Assembly: GCA_963840035.1 (NCBI GenBank) | Contig: CAWIXE010000001.1 | Span: 448,001-512,000 of the forward strand | DNA from: a candidate division FCPU426 bacterium | Lineage (GTDB): Bacteria; Oederibacteriota; PGYV01; Palsa-1178 | DNA: 64,000 nt | Direction of reading: 5' to 3' | The notes under the pieces: generated by a model | What the model saw: the letters and a program-made list of their open reading frames with translations, nothing else | Databases searched by the model: none | What the model was told of the DNA's origin: nothing | Shown: positions 55,817 through 64,000 of the stretch, in pieces | How positions within the stretch are numbered: the first letter of the stretch is position 1 | How the letters are laid out: each line of letters starts with the position of its first letter | Translations under genes and position numbers: made by a program

Positions 55817-57016
55817 GTGGCTGAAAATTATATTTTAACACGCGAAAAGCTGGAAAAACTTGAAAGGGAGATCCTTGCGCCATACGCGATGAAAAGCAGC
55901 GAGACGCGCGGCAGGAAATACAGGGAACCGGAGCACCCATTCCGCTCAGTATACCAGAGGGATCGCGACAGGATTATTCATTCCACGGCCTTCAGAAGGC
56001 TCGAATATAAGACGCAGGTATTCGTCAACCTTGAGGGCGATTACTACAGAACCAGGCTCACGCATACAAATGAAGTGGCGCAGATCGCCCGCTCAGTGGC
56101 AAAAGCCCTGCGGTTAAACGAAGAACTGACAGAGTCAATCGCCTTAGCGCATGACATAGGGCACACGCCGTTCGGCCATTCAGGCGAGACAGTACTCGAC
56201 AGGCTGATGAAAGACGAGGGCGGGTTTGAGCATAACGCGCAGAGCCTCCGCGTACTCGATGAACTCGAGCAGAAGTATCCGGATTTTGACGGCGTTAACC
56301 TCACATGGGAAACAAAGGAAGGCATCATAAAACACACCACCGACTATGACAACCCGGCATGCAAGGAATACGACCCCAAGCTCTCGCCCACCATGGAGGC
56401 GCAGATAGTAAACCTGGCTGATGAGATAGCCTATAATTCCCACGACCTTGACGACGGCATAACATCGGGAATACTCAATATCGGGATGCTCAAGTCGACC
56501 ATTATCTGGGAAAAAATAGAAAAATCCCTGGATAAGGTAAAGTTTGATTCCCTTCCGCTGGACATGCAGAAATATAACCTCTGCAGGGCGCTTATAAACC
56601 TGCAGATTACCAACCTTATTGAAAACACGGTTGTCAATATCAGCGAATACGGGATTGACTCCGTGGAAAAAGTCAGAAAACATAAAAAACTCTTAATAGA
56701 GTTTGACGACGACATGAAAAAAATGCATAAGGACTTCAAAAGCTTCCTCTATAAGAATTTTTACAAGCACTATAAAGTCATACGCATGGAATACAAGGCC
56801 GAAAAAATAATTGACGACCTTTTTAAGATATATGAAAAGCGCGGCGACGTGACGGACAAACGGAACGTGACTTCATCCATACTGCCCCCGGACGCGAGGA
56901 AAAGGCTGGGTAAGGATTCTTTAAAAAGGGTGATCTGTGATTACATAGCGGGCATGACCGACAGGTTCATACTCGAGGAATATAAGAAACTGTTTGACCC
57001 GTACGAGAACGTGTAA
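55817..57016 (+). CDS. dgt: dGTP triphosphohydrolase-like HD protein
   Basis: QRDRDRIIHSTAFRRLEYKTQVF, RTRLTH, AHDIGHTPFGH, ADEIAY..HDLDD, DYIAGMTDR. Confidence 0.95.
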   Translation: MAENYILTREKLEKLEREILAPYAMKSSETRGRKYREPEHPFRSVYQRDRDRIIHSTAFRRLEYKTQVFVNLEGDYYRTRLTHTNEVAQIARSVAKALRLNEELTESIALAHDIGHTPFGHSGETVLDRLMKDEGGFEHNAQSLRVLDELEQKYPDFDGVNLTWETKEGIIKHTTDYDNPACKEYDPKLSPTMEAQIVNLADEIAYNSHDLDDGITSGILNIGMLKSTIIWEKIEKSLDKVKFDSLPLDMQKYNLCRALINLQITNLIENTVVNISEYGIDSVEKVRKHKKLLIEFDDDMKKMHKDFKSFLYKNFYKHYKVIRMEYKAEKIIDDLFKIYEKRGDVTDKRNVTSSILPPDARKRLGKDSLKRVICDYIAGMTDRFILEEYKKLFDPYENV

Positions 57017-57020
57017 GCAC

Positions 57021-57103
57021 AAGTCAAAACTCAAAAGTCAAAAGTCAAAAGTGAAGCGGCATTTTAGTTCCACTTTTGAATTTTGAGTTTTGACTTTTGA
57101 CTT
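57021..57103. repeat. Inverted heptamer arrays (AAGTCAA / TTGACTT)
   Basis: Four units plus AAGTG, 17-nt loop, CACTT plus four complementary units. Confidence 0.9.
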
Positions 57104-57154
57104 TGTTTGGTTGAAGGAAGAAACTAAAATTTTGCGCGTTTTGGAGGATGTATT

Positions 57155-58675
57155 GTGAACCTTATTGATATTTTACAGCAGGCAGCCGATTCAGCCGGCG
57201 GTAAAGTATTTATGCAGGACGGCAGGGTTAAGAAAACCTTCCGCGGGGCATATGACGACATGCGCCAGTTTGCCGCCGGCCTTAAGAACCTGGGCGTTAA
57301 AAAGGGCGACAGGGTCGCCATACTGCTTAATAACAGCATGGAATTTGTAACAGCCTATTTCGCCACCATATATCTGGGCGCGGAGATAGTGCCGCTGAAT
57401 ACTTTTTTAAGGGTTTCAGAAGTCGTATACATACTAAACGACTGCAGCGCAAAAATACTGGTATCATCATATGATTTTGCCGGGATTATATCGGAAATAA
57501 AACGGGGGGAAGTGCCGTCGCTTGAAAAGATCATTGCCACGGACAACCTGCCCGGCAAGCATCTGAAATTCAGCGATGTTTACCTGAAAGACACATTTGA
57601 TAAAAGTTACATCAATACGGATGATACGGCTGTTATTATATATACGTCCGGGACCACGGGCCATCCAAAAGGCGCCATGCTCACTCACAGGAACCTTCTG
57701 GCCAATGTCCAGTCCGCGACAAAAGCCATACAGGTAAATGTTAATGACAGGTTCATACTTTTTCTTCCCATGTTCCACGCTTTTTCATTTACCGTGTGCG
57801 TTTTAATACCCATATACAGGACAAATTACCTGCGGATAATGAAATCAGTCCAGCCTTTTTCAAACATAGTAAAATCACTTGTCTTTGACAGGATAACAAT
57901 ATTTGTCGCCATACCGCAGGTATTTAACGTTCTTTCAATGAGGAAAATACCCAGGATCGCGTTATGGCTTATAAAAATCAGGATCTGTATTTCAGGGGCC
58001 GCGCCCCTTGCGGGCGAAGTATTGAAACGCTTTGAGGAAAAATTCGGCATCCCGCTTCTGGAAGGGTACGGGCTTTCTGAAGCCTCTCCTGTCGTATCTG
58101 TAAACCCCATAGACGGTGCCAGAAAAGCCGGTTCTGTAGGGCCTGCCATACCCGGGGTAAAAGTAACTATCATAGATGAGAACGGGGCTGAGTTAAAAGC
58201 CGGCGAGATAGGGGAGATAGCCGTAAAGGGCGAAAATGTGATGAAAGGCTATTTTAACAAGCCGGTTGAGACAGCTGAAGTCATAAAAAACGGTTTGCTT
58301 TTGACAGGAGACATCGGAAAAATGGACGAAGACGGATACATATACATAATGGACAGAAAAAAAGACCTGATAATAGTCAACGGAATGAACCTTTACCCGA
58401 GGGAAGTGGAAGAGGTGCTTTACCGCCACCCGATGGTGGAGGAGGCTTCCGTAGTCGGCAAAAAGGACGCAACGCACGGCGAAGTTCCGGTTGGGGTAAT
58501 AAAATTAAAGGAAGGCGCGGCAATAACGGACAAGGAACTAAGGAAGTACTGCAGGGAGGCCCTTGCCACTTTTAAAGTGCCGCACCGTTTTGAATTCTGG
58601 GATGAGCTTCCCAAGACAGGGACCGGTAAAGTATTAAAGAGGGAAATAAAAAGGATAATCAATGAAAAAAAATAA
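57155..58675 (+). CDS. Long-chain-fatty-acid--CoA ligase
   Basis: YTSGTTGHPKGAMLTH, LPMFH, EGYGLSE, TGD, DRKKDLII, YPREVE, PKTGTGK. Confidence 0.92.
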   Translation: MNLIDILQQAADSAGGKVFMQDGRVKKTFRGAYDDMRQFAAGLKNLGVKKGDRVAILLNNSMEFVTAYFATIYLGAEIVPLNTFLRVSEVVYILNDCSAKILVSSYDFAGIISEIKRGEVPSLEKIIATDNLPGKHLKFSDVYLKDTFDKSYINTDDTAVIIYTSGTTGHPKGAMLTHRNLLANVQSATKAIQVNVNDRFILFLPMFHAFSFTVCVLIPIYRTNYLRIMKSVQPFSNIVKSLVFDRITIFVAIPQVFNVLSMRKIPRIALWLIKIRICISGAAPLAGEVLKRFEEKFGIPLLEGYGLSEASPVVSVNPIDGARKAGSVGPAIPGVKVTIIDENGAELKAGEIGEIAVKGENVMKGYFNKPVETAEVIKNGLLLTGDIGKMDEDGYIYIMDRKKDLIIVNGMNLYPREVEEVLYRHPMVEEASVVGKKDATHGEVPVGVIKLKEGAAITDKELRKYCREALATFKVPHRFEFWDELPKTGTGKVLKREIKRIINEKK

Positions 58676-60284
58676 TAAGTCAGTCAGGTTTTTCCTCGCG
58701 CAGGTTGACACCACGGTGGGGGACATAAAGGGCAATACGGCCGTTATAATAGACAAGATAGGCGCGGCCAGGGCCGCCGGCGCCGACATTGTAATTTTTC
58801 CAGAACTTACCATCACAGGCTACCCGCCGGAGGACCTTGTCCATAAAAAAAGATTTGTGGCCAATAACCTGCTCGCGCTGAAGGAAATAACAGAGGCAAC
58901 ATCAGGCATAACAGCCGTAGTCGGATTTGTGCGGTCAAAGAAAAATGATATTTATAACTCAGCCGCGATCATAAGCGATAAAAAGGTTACAGGGACATAT
59001 GATAAAATAAACCTGCCGAATTACGGCGTCTTTGACGAAAAAAGGTATTTCACGCCGGGCAACAAACCGCATATTTTCAAGGTTAATGGCTTTAAGATCG
59101 GGCTTTCCATATGTGAGGACCTATGGGTAGACTGCGCAGTTTTGAAAAAGACAGCGGGTAAAATGGATTTTTTGATTAACATAAGCGCGTCGCCTTACCA
59201 CATGTCAAAGTGGAAGGAAAGGGCTTCGCTTTTTAAGTCCAGGGCAATTGAATATAAGGCACACCTGCTGTACTGCAACTTAATCGGGGGACAGGATGAA
59301 CTTGTATTTGACGGGCACAGCCTGGTGATGGACGACAAAGGCGGAATACTTGCCCACGGAAAACAGTTTGAAGAGCATGACGTAATATTTGAAACGAATT
59401 TAAGGTCAAAAGCCAAAAAAATAAAAATGGAGCCCATGCTGCCGGAAGAAGAAGTTTATTCCGCGCTTGTACTGGGCACGCGGGATTATGTAAAAAAGAA
59501 CGGGTTTAAAAAAGTGGTGCTTGGCTTAAGCGGAGGGGTGGATTCCGCGCTTGTGGCCGCGATTGCCGTTGACGCGCTCGGCAGGGAAAACGTTAACCTT
59601 ATCTTCATGCCTTCAAAGTTTTCCTCGAAGGAATCCCTCGATGACGCGCGGAAGATAGCGGACAACCTCGGTATAAAAATGAAAAACATAGGGATACAGG
59701 ATATGGTCGACATATTCCTTGAAAAACTCGCCCCGGAATTTGCCGGCACAAAGCCGGATACCACGGAAGAGAACCTGCAGGCGCGCCTGCGCGGAAACAT
59801 TAACATGGCTTTTTCAAACAAGTTTAACTGGCTTGTGCTTACCACAGGCAATAAAAGCGAAATGTCCACGGGTTATGCCACGCTTTACGGCGACATGGCA
59901 GGAGGGTTTGCCGTGATAAAGGACGTGCCAAAAACGCTTGTCTACAGGCTTGTGGAAATGAGGAATAAGAAAGCCGGTTTTGACATGATACCGAAGAACA
60001 TTATCATAAAAGCGCCGACAGCCGAGTTAAGGTTCAACCAGAAAGACTCGGACTCGCTCCCTGAATATGCCCTCTTAGACAGGATAATTGAGGATTACAT
60101 TGAAAACGACAAGACCTACCTGGACTTAAAAGGCAAGTATGACGACGCGGTATTAAAAAAGGTAATAAGGATGATTGACATAAACGAATATAAAAGAAGG
60201 CAGGCCCCTCCCGGGATAAAGATAACGCCGAAATCATTCGGCAGGGACAGAAGGATGCCTATAACTAATAAGTACAGGGAGTAA
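58662..60284 (+). CDS. nadE: Glutamine-dependent NAD+ synthetase
   Basis: Nitrilase domain (FPEL..GYPPED, K..LPNYGVFDE.RYF, ICED) plus GLSGGVDSA, ENLQAR, TGNKSE, PTAEL, EYKRRQ. Confidence 0.97.
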   Translation: MKKNNKSVRFFLAQVDTTVGDIKGNTAVIIDKIGAARAAGADIVIFPELTITGYPPEDLVHKKRFVANNLLALKEITEATSGITAVVGFVRSKKNDIYNSAAIISDKKVTGTYDKINLPNYGVFDEKRYFTPGNKPHIFKVNGFKIGLSICEDLWVDCAVLKKTAGKMDFLINISASPYHMSKWKERASLFKSRAIEYKAHLLYCNLIGGQDELVFDGHSLVMDDKGGILAHGKQFEEHDVIFETNLRSKAKKIKMEPMLPEEEVYSALVLGTRDYVKKNGFKKVVLGLSGGVDSALVAAIAVDALGRENVNLIFMPSKFSSKESLDDARKIADNLGIKMKNIGIQDMVDIFLEKLAPEFAGTKPDTTEENLQARLRGNINMAFSNKFNWLVLTTGNKSEMSTGYATLYGDMAGGFAVIKDVPKTLVYRLVEMRNKKAGFDMIPKNIIIKAPTAELRFNQKDSDSLPEYALLDRIIEDYIENDKTYLDLKGKYDDAVLKKVIRMIDINEYKRRQAPPGIKITPKSFGRDRRMPITNKYRE

Positions 60285-60340
60285 TCACAAATCCCAAAGG
60301 AAAGCAATTTTTGGGATTTGTGATTTGAGATTTGTGATTT
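60283..60340. repeat. Inverted heptamer arrays (AATCACA / GTGATTT)
   Basis: Begins in the nadE stop; ends immediately before the GGAGG RBS of the next gene. Confidence 0.8.
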
Positions 60341-60349
60341 GGAGGGACT

Positions 60350-60814
60350 ATGATCCTTGTTTCTGCGTGCTTAGCCGGCGTTAAAACGCGGCATGACGGC
60401 ACTGACAGGTTAAACAGTGCGATAAGGGAATTGGTGGGCTCGAATAAAGCCATACCGCTTTGCCCGGAAGTAATGGGCGGAAGGGCCATACCGCGCGAGC
60501 CTGTGGAAATAACCGGCGGAGAAGGTCTGCGGGTGCTCGCAGGCGGCGCGAAAGTCGTTGACGCGAAAGGCATGGACCACACCAAAGAGATAATAGACGG
60601 GGTAAAAGCATTCATGAAAGCCGTGAAAAGGATGGATGTAAAGGCGGTTATATTAAAAACAAAAAGCCCGACATGCGGCTACGGCAAAATATACGACGGG
60701 ACCTTCAAGGGAAACCTTATTGAAGGAAACGGAGTCCTCGCCGCGGAGCTTGAAAAAGAGGGCATAAAGATATATACTGAAGAGAACTGCGGGGAGTTTA
60801 TAAGGACTTTATAG
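60350..60814 (+). CDS. DUF523 (2-thiouracil desulfurase-like) protein
   Basis: ILVSACLAG..RHDG, CPEVMGG..PR, ILKTKSPTCG, GNGV. Confidence 0.9.
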   Translation: MILVSACLAGVKTRHDGTDRLNSAIRELVGSNKAIPLCPEVMGGRAIPREPVEITGGEGLRVLAGGAKVVDAKGMDHTKEIIDGVKAFMKAVKRMDVKAVILKTKSPTCGYGKIYDGTFKGNLIEGNGVLAAELEKEGIKIYTEENCGEFIRTL

Positions 60815-60839
60815 CGAGAAAAGATTCCGGCGCATTATT

Positions 60840-60888
60840 TGAGACGCCTTATCTGAGACGAACCACCTGAGACGATTCATCTGGGTCA
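60840..60888 (+). repeat. 14-nt-period TGAGACG repeat
   Basis: TGAGACG at 60840, 60854, 60868, degenerate at 60882. Confidence 0.75.
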
Positions 60889-60917
60889 AAAGGCGGATTT
60901 TAAAAGGAGGTTTTATC

Positions 60918-61382
60918 ATGGCTGACATGTACTTTCTGGCTGATTACCCGATATACAGGGATTTTGACGCTGAAGACATAGAAATACTCGGCAAGATATG
61001 CGAGGAAAAAAAGTACGCCAACGGCCAGGCTGTTTTTAAGGAAAACGAAACAGGCGACGGTCTGTATATAATCAGGAAAGGCGTCGTAAAGATATTAAAA
61101 GAAAATAAAACAAGAAAAAAACTCATTGCCACCCTTGCCGAAGGGGAGTTTTTCGGCGAGATGTCATTGATAGACGGCTCGCCGCGCTCAGCGTCAGTGG
61201 AAGCCTCCGGCGAGGTGGAGCTTGTAAAGCTTACAAAGGACGGCTTTGAAAAATTAAAGACAGAGTATTCCCGCACGGGATTCAAGTTCGTGGGGGTGCT
61301 GCTGAAATTCATGAGTTACAGGATAAGAAGGACTACAAAGAAGGCGGCCAAGCTGATGAAGGGGAGAAAGAAGAAAAAGTAA
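60918..61382 (+). CDS. Stand-alone cyclic-nucleotide-binding domain protein
   Basis: LYIIRKG.VKI, GEFFGEMSL..PRSASV; no HTH; basic tail; AGGAGG RBS. Confidence 0.9.
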   Translation: MADMYFLADYPIYRDFDAEDIEILGKICEEKKYANGQAVFKENETGDGLYIIRKGVVKILKENKTRKKLIATLAEGEFFGEMSLIDGSPRSASVEASGEVELVKLTKDGFEKLKTEYSRTGFKFVGVLLKFMSYRIRRTTKKAAKLMKGRKKKK

Positions 61383-61479
61383 TTTACAATTTTCAATTTA
61401 CGATTTACAATTAAAGAGGTAAACTAAAGCAGGGAAAAATGTGTCAAAATAATATATGAATTTATAAACGGAGGTAATT

Positions 61480-62895
61480 ATGAAAAAAATATTTGCAATA
61501 CTGGCGTTTTTTGGCTTTGCGGCAGGTCTTTTTGCCGCCCCGAACCTTTACGTGGGTTATGATAAGGCAAAAAAAATAACAGTCATAGACTCGGCTGTAA
61601 ATGAGGCAACCGGAGACATAGTCCTGAAAACCGCCGTCTCCGACATGAAACTTGACCCGGATGACAGGTATCTATATTATACCAGCAGGGAAGCAAACGC
61701 GCTTTACAGGATAAAAACAAAGAACCTGACTGTTGACGCTGATTTTACAAGCACGGGCTACGCGCCGGTCGGGATAGCCATAAAAAATGACAACAAGGCA
61801 ATATATGTAATAAACTCCAAATCAAACAACATTTCCGTAATAGACCCGCAGACCATGGAATCAATCGGAGACCCCATCACGCTGCCGGCGAGCCCCAGGG
61901 CGATAGTAATAACCGATGACGACAGGAAAGCGTACATAGCCCTCTCGGATACCAACGGAGTGGCTCTTTTGGATATCGCGACCGGCAAGATCACCGGAGT
62001 CATACCCACCGGCGCGGACCCTTACGCGCTTACCACTTATAATAACAAACTGCTTTTTGTCACGAACGAAGGCATGGCTAGCGTCTCTGTTATAGACATG
62101 AAAAAGAACGCGGTTATAAATGAAATAGTCACCACTGACATGCCCAGGGGCATGGCTGTGTATGGCAACCTGCTTTATGTATCCGTAATGAACGGTATTG
62201 ATATTTTTGAGCTTAAAGGCTTTACCAAGCCGTCATCAGTGGGGCTTGATTATACGCCGTTTGACTGCGAATTCGGCAAAACTCCGTCAGGCCCGAGGAT
62301 ATTCTCGGCGGGTTACGCGGACGGAGCCACATCGGGTAAAGTCACCGTATTTAACCCGGCCGAAGGCGACATAATAACGGAGATAGAACTTGAAGGCGCG
62401 CCAAAGTACCTTGAGATAAGGAAAATAAAACCCACACCGGTACCGACAGCCACTTTAGTCCCGACAAAAGTGCCGACCGCCGTCCCGACGGAAGTGCCAA
62501 CAAAAGTTCCGACCATAGCCCCGACAAAGGTTCCGACAAAAATCCCGACAAAGGCGCCTACGCCGAAACCTACACCAATTCCGAAAAAGAAAAAGAAACC
62601 GACTCCGGTGCCGACAGTAGACATGATGCTCAAGGCTGACTTAAAGGGAAGGCTGTTTTTTGAGAACAGGCCGGTTGCCGCAGGCATCAAGGTAAAGGCG
62701 CTTTCAAAGCACAGCGATAAGGTTTATACGGTATTAACAGACGATAGCGGCAGGTTCATATTTGAAAAACTGCCCATAGGCGCGTATGTCGTGTCCGTGG
62801 ACGCCACTTATATAAAGGAAAAAGCAGTCCCGGTTACGGTAAACAGGGGATCAAACCCGGTTCTTGAGATCAATACCGTGAAGAGGACACAATGA
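61480..62895 (+). CDS. Exported YncE/YVTN beta-propeller + Pro/Thr linker + beta-sandwich
   Basis: Signal peptide; IYVINSKSNNISVID and LFVTNEG..SVSVID repeats; PTxx repeats; carboxypeptidase-regulatory-like end (TDDSGRF.F..LP.G.Y). Confidence 0.8.
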   Translation: MKKIFAILAFFGFAAGLFAAPNLYVGYDKAKKITVIDSAVNEATGDIVLKTAVSDMKLDPDDRYLYYTSREANALYRIKTKNLTVDADFTSTGYAPVGIAIKNDNKAIYVINSKSNNISVIDPQTMESIGDPITLPASPRAIVITDDDRKAYIALSDTNGVALLDIATGKITGVIPTGADPYALTTYNNKLLFVTNEGMASVSVIDMKKNAVINEIVTTDMPRGMAVYGNLLYVSVMNGIDIFELKGFTKPSSVGLDYTPFDCEFGKTPSGPRIFSAGYADGATSGKVTVFNPAEGDIITEIELEGAPKYLEIRKIKPTPVPTATLVPTKVPTAVPTEVPTKVPTIAPTKVPTKIPTKAPTPKPTPIPKKKKKPTPVPTVDMMLKADLKGRLFFENRPVAAGIKVKALSKHSDKVYTVLTDDSGRFIFEKLPIGAYVVSVDATYIKEKAVPVTVNRGSNPVLEINTVKRTQ

Positions 62896-63791
62896 AGAAA
62901 CATCACGCAAAAGCAAAGGACGCTGACGCGATAAAGAAGGAAAAGGAAGGGGTCATTATCCTTTCCGTGGCGTCCAACGCGGTGCTTGTCATATTCAAGC
63001 TTATAATAGGCTTTATGACAGGATTGGTAAGCGTTATAGCAGAGGCGCTGCATTCAGCAAATGACCTGCTGGCATCAGTCATAGCCTACTTCGGGGTTAA
63101 GGGGTCTTTAAGGCCGCCTGACAAGGAACATCCTTACGGACACGGCAAGGTGGAGATAATAACCGGATGGATAGAAAATTTTCTCATCCTGATAATAGGG
63201 ATAGGGATTATTTATGAGGGATATAAAAAGTTCACGGAAAGGTCTGAGCCAAAGCTTATTATCGTAGGTATAGCCATAATGATACTTTCCGGCATAGTCA
63301 ACTGGTTTGTCTCGGTATACCTGATTAAAAAAGGCAAGGAACTCCGGTCAGTTGGCATAGAAGTTGACGGGGAACACCTGCGCGCCGATGTCATCACTTC
63401 TTTCGGAATTGCCGCGGCGCTTATAGTCATGCAGTTAAGCGGAATATGGTGGCTTGACCCGCTTGGAGCGGTTTTCGTGGGGGTATGGGTACTCGGCATA
63501 TTTGTGAGGCTTTCATACAAGCTCACGCACCAGATTATTGACATGGGGCTTTCTGACGAAGAGACAGCAAGGATCGAAGAAGTCCTGAGAAACACAAAGG
63601 GAATTAAGGAATACCATAAGTTAAGGACCCGCCAGAGCGGATCAACAGTATTTATAGACATGCACGTTTTAGTTGACGGCAAAATGACCGTGAAGGCGTC
63701 CCATGACATGACTGAAAAGATACAGAAACAATTAAGGCATATGTTCGGGGATGTTAATTCAATGATACATGTGGAACCATATAACAAATAA
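62892..63791 (+). CDS. Cation diffusion facilitator transporter
   Basis: AEALHS..D, PPDKEHPYGHGK.E, HLRAD, LRTRQSG, IHVEP. Confidence 0.95.
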   Translation: MKKHHAKAKDADAIKKEKEGVIILSVASNAVLVIFKLIIGFMTGLVSVIAEALHSANDLLASVIAYFGVKGSLRPPDKEHPYGHGKVEIITGWIENFLILIIGIGIIYEGYKKFTERSEPKLIIVGIAIMILSGIVNWFVSVYLIKKGKELRSVGIEVDGEHLRADVITSFGIAAALIVMQLSGIWWLDPLGAVFVGVWVLGIFVRLSYKLTHQIIDMGLSDEETARIEEVLRNTKGIKEYHKLRTRQSGSTVFIDMHVLVDGKMTVKASHDMTEKIQKQLRHMFGDVNSMIHVEPYNK

Positions 63792-63835
63792 TTTTATATT
63801 TTCAATTTTAGATTTGAAATTTGAAAAACGGAAGG

Positions 63836-64000
63836 TCAGAAGCTTTTTACTTCAACACACTTCAGATACTTTAACACGTTTTTCCTGTCAATAAAACACG
63901 ACCCCAGCCTTTCCAGGTTCGCGGCCGCAGCGGCCACAGCCCATTTGCATGACTTCTCCATGTCCATGCCTTTTGAGAGCCCGTATACAAGCCCTGCTGA
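63836..64000 (-). CDS. C-terminal fragment of a PfkB-family (1-phosphofructokinase-like) kinase
   Basis: Minus strand reads SAGLVYGLSKGMDMEKSCKWAVAAAAANLERLGSCFIDRKNVLKYLKCVEVKSF*; truncated by the window end. Confidence 0.65.
   Translation of the reverse strand, partial: SAGLVYGLSKGMDMEKSCKWAVAAAAANLERLGSCFIDRKNVLKYLKCVEVKSF

Noticed and set aside
55817..57016. dgt as a stand-alone antiphage dGTPase in a defence island
   Set aside because: Typical housekeeping-like sequence, host-like codon usage, metabolic genes downstream and no known defence genes nearby.

Overview
A 64 kb, gene-dense, mostly plus-strand window from a bacterial chromosome of moderate GC (mid-40s % by eye). It looks diderm (AsmA-like protein, lipoproteins, a probable outer-membrane barrel) and resembles an uncultured lineage such as Ca. 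Goldiibacteriota, which I cannot verify. It holds about 52 CDS: housekeeping genes (hisS, pdxA, rsmA, glmS, pcrA, nadE, lepB, dinB, dgt), an envelope-glycosylation block (UDP-GlcA decarboxylase, two YfhO-type GT-C proteins, a polyprenol-P glycosyltransferase and an epimerase, with three more GT-C-like genes elsewhere), two B12-binding radical SAM enzymes, and a mobile mystery A/B (HTH + Fic) pair. There is one tRNA-Ile2(CAU). I saw no rRNA, CRISPR array, transposase, integrase or prophage. The most unusual signal is non-coding: most spacers carry repeats. (i) There are more than 15 short tandem arrays with a constant 7-nt period but unrelated units, often starting at a stop codon and often paired as inverted hairpins, plus 9-nt TGAGAY arrays. 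(ii) There are at least four REP-like palindrome families, three of which show empty and filled alleles in which a 27-39 bp mini-hairpin is inserted at a fixed site. Notable coding oddities are an intact FabD homologue lacking its catalytic residues, an LpoA-like lipoprotein with an inserted LpoB/TolB-N-like domain, and two paralogous coiled-coil proteins coupled to dgt. Product calls come from motif recognition by eye; no database searches were run.
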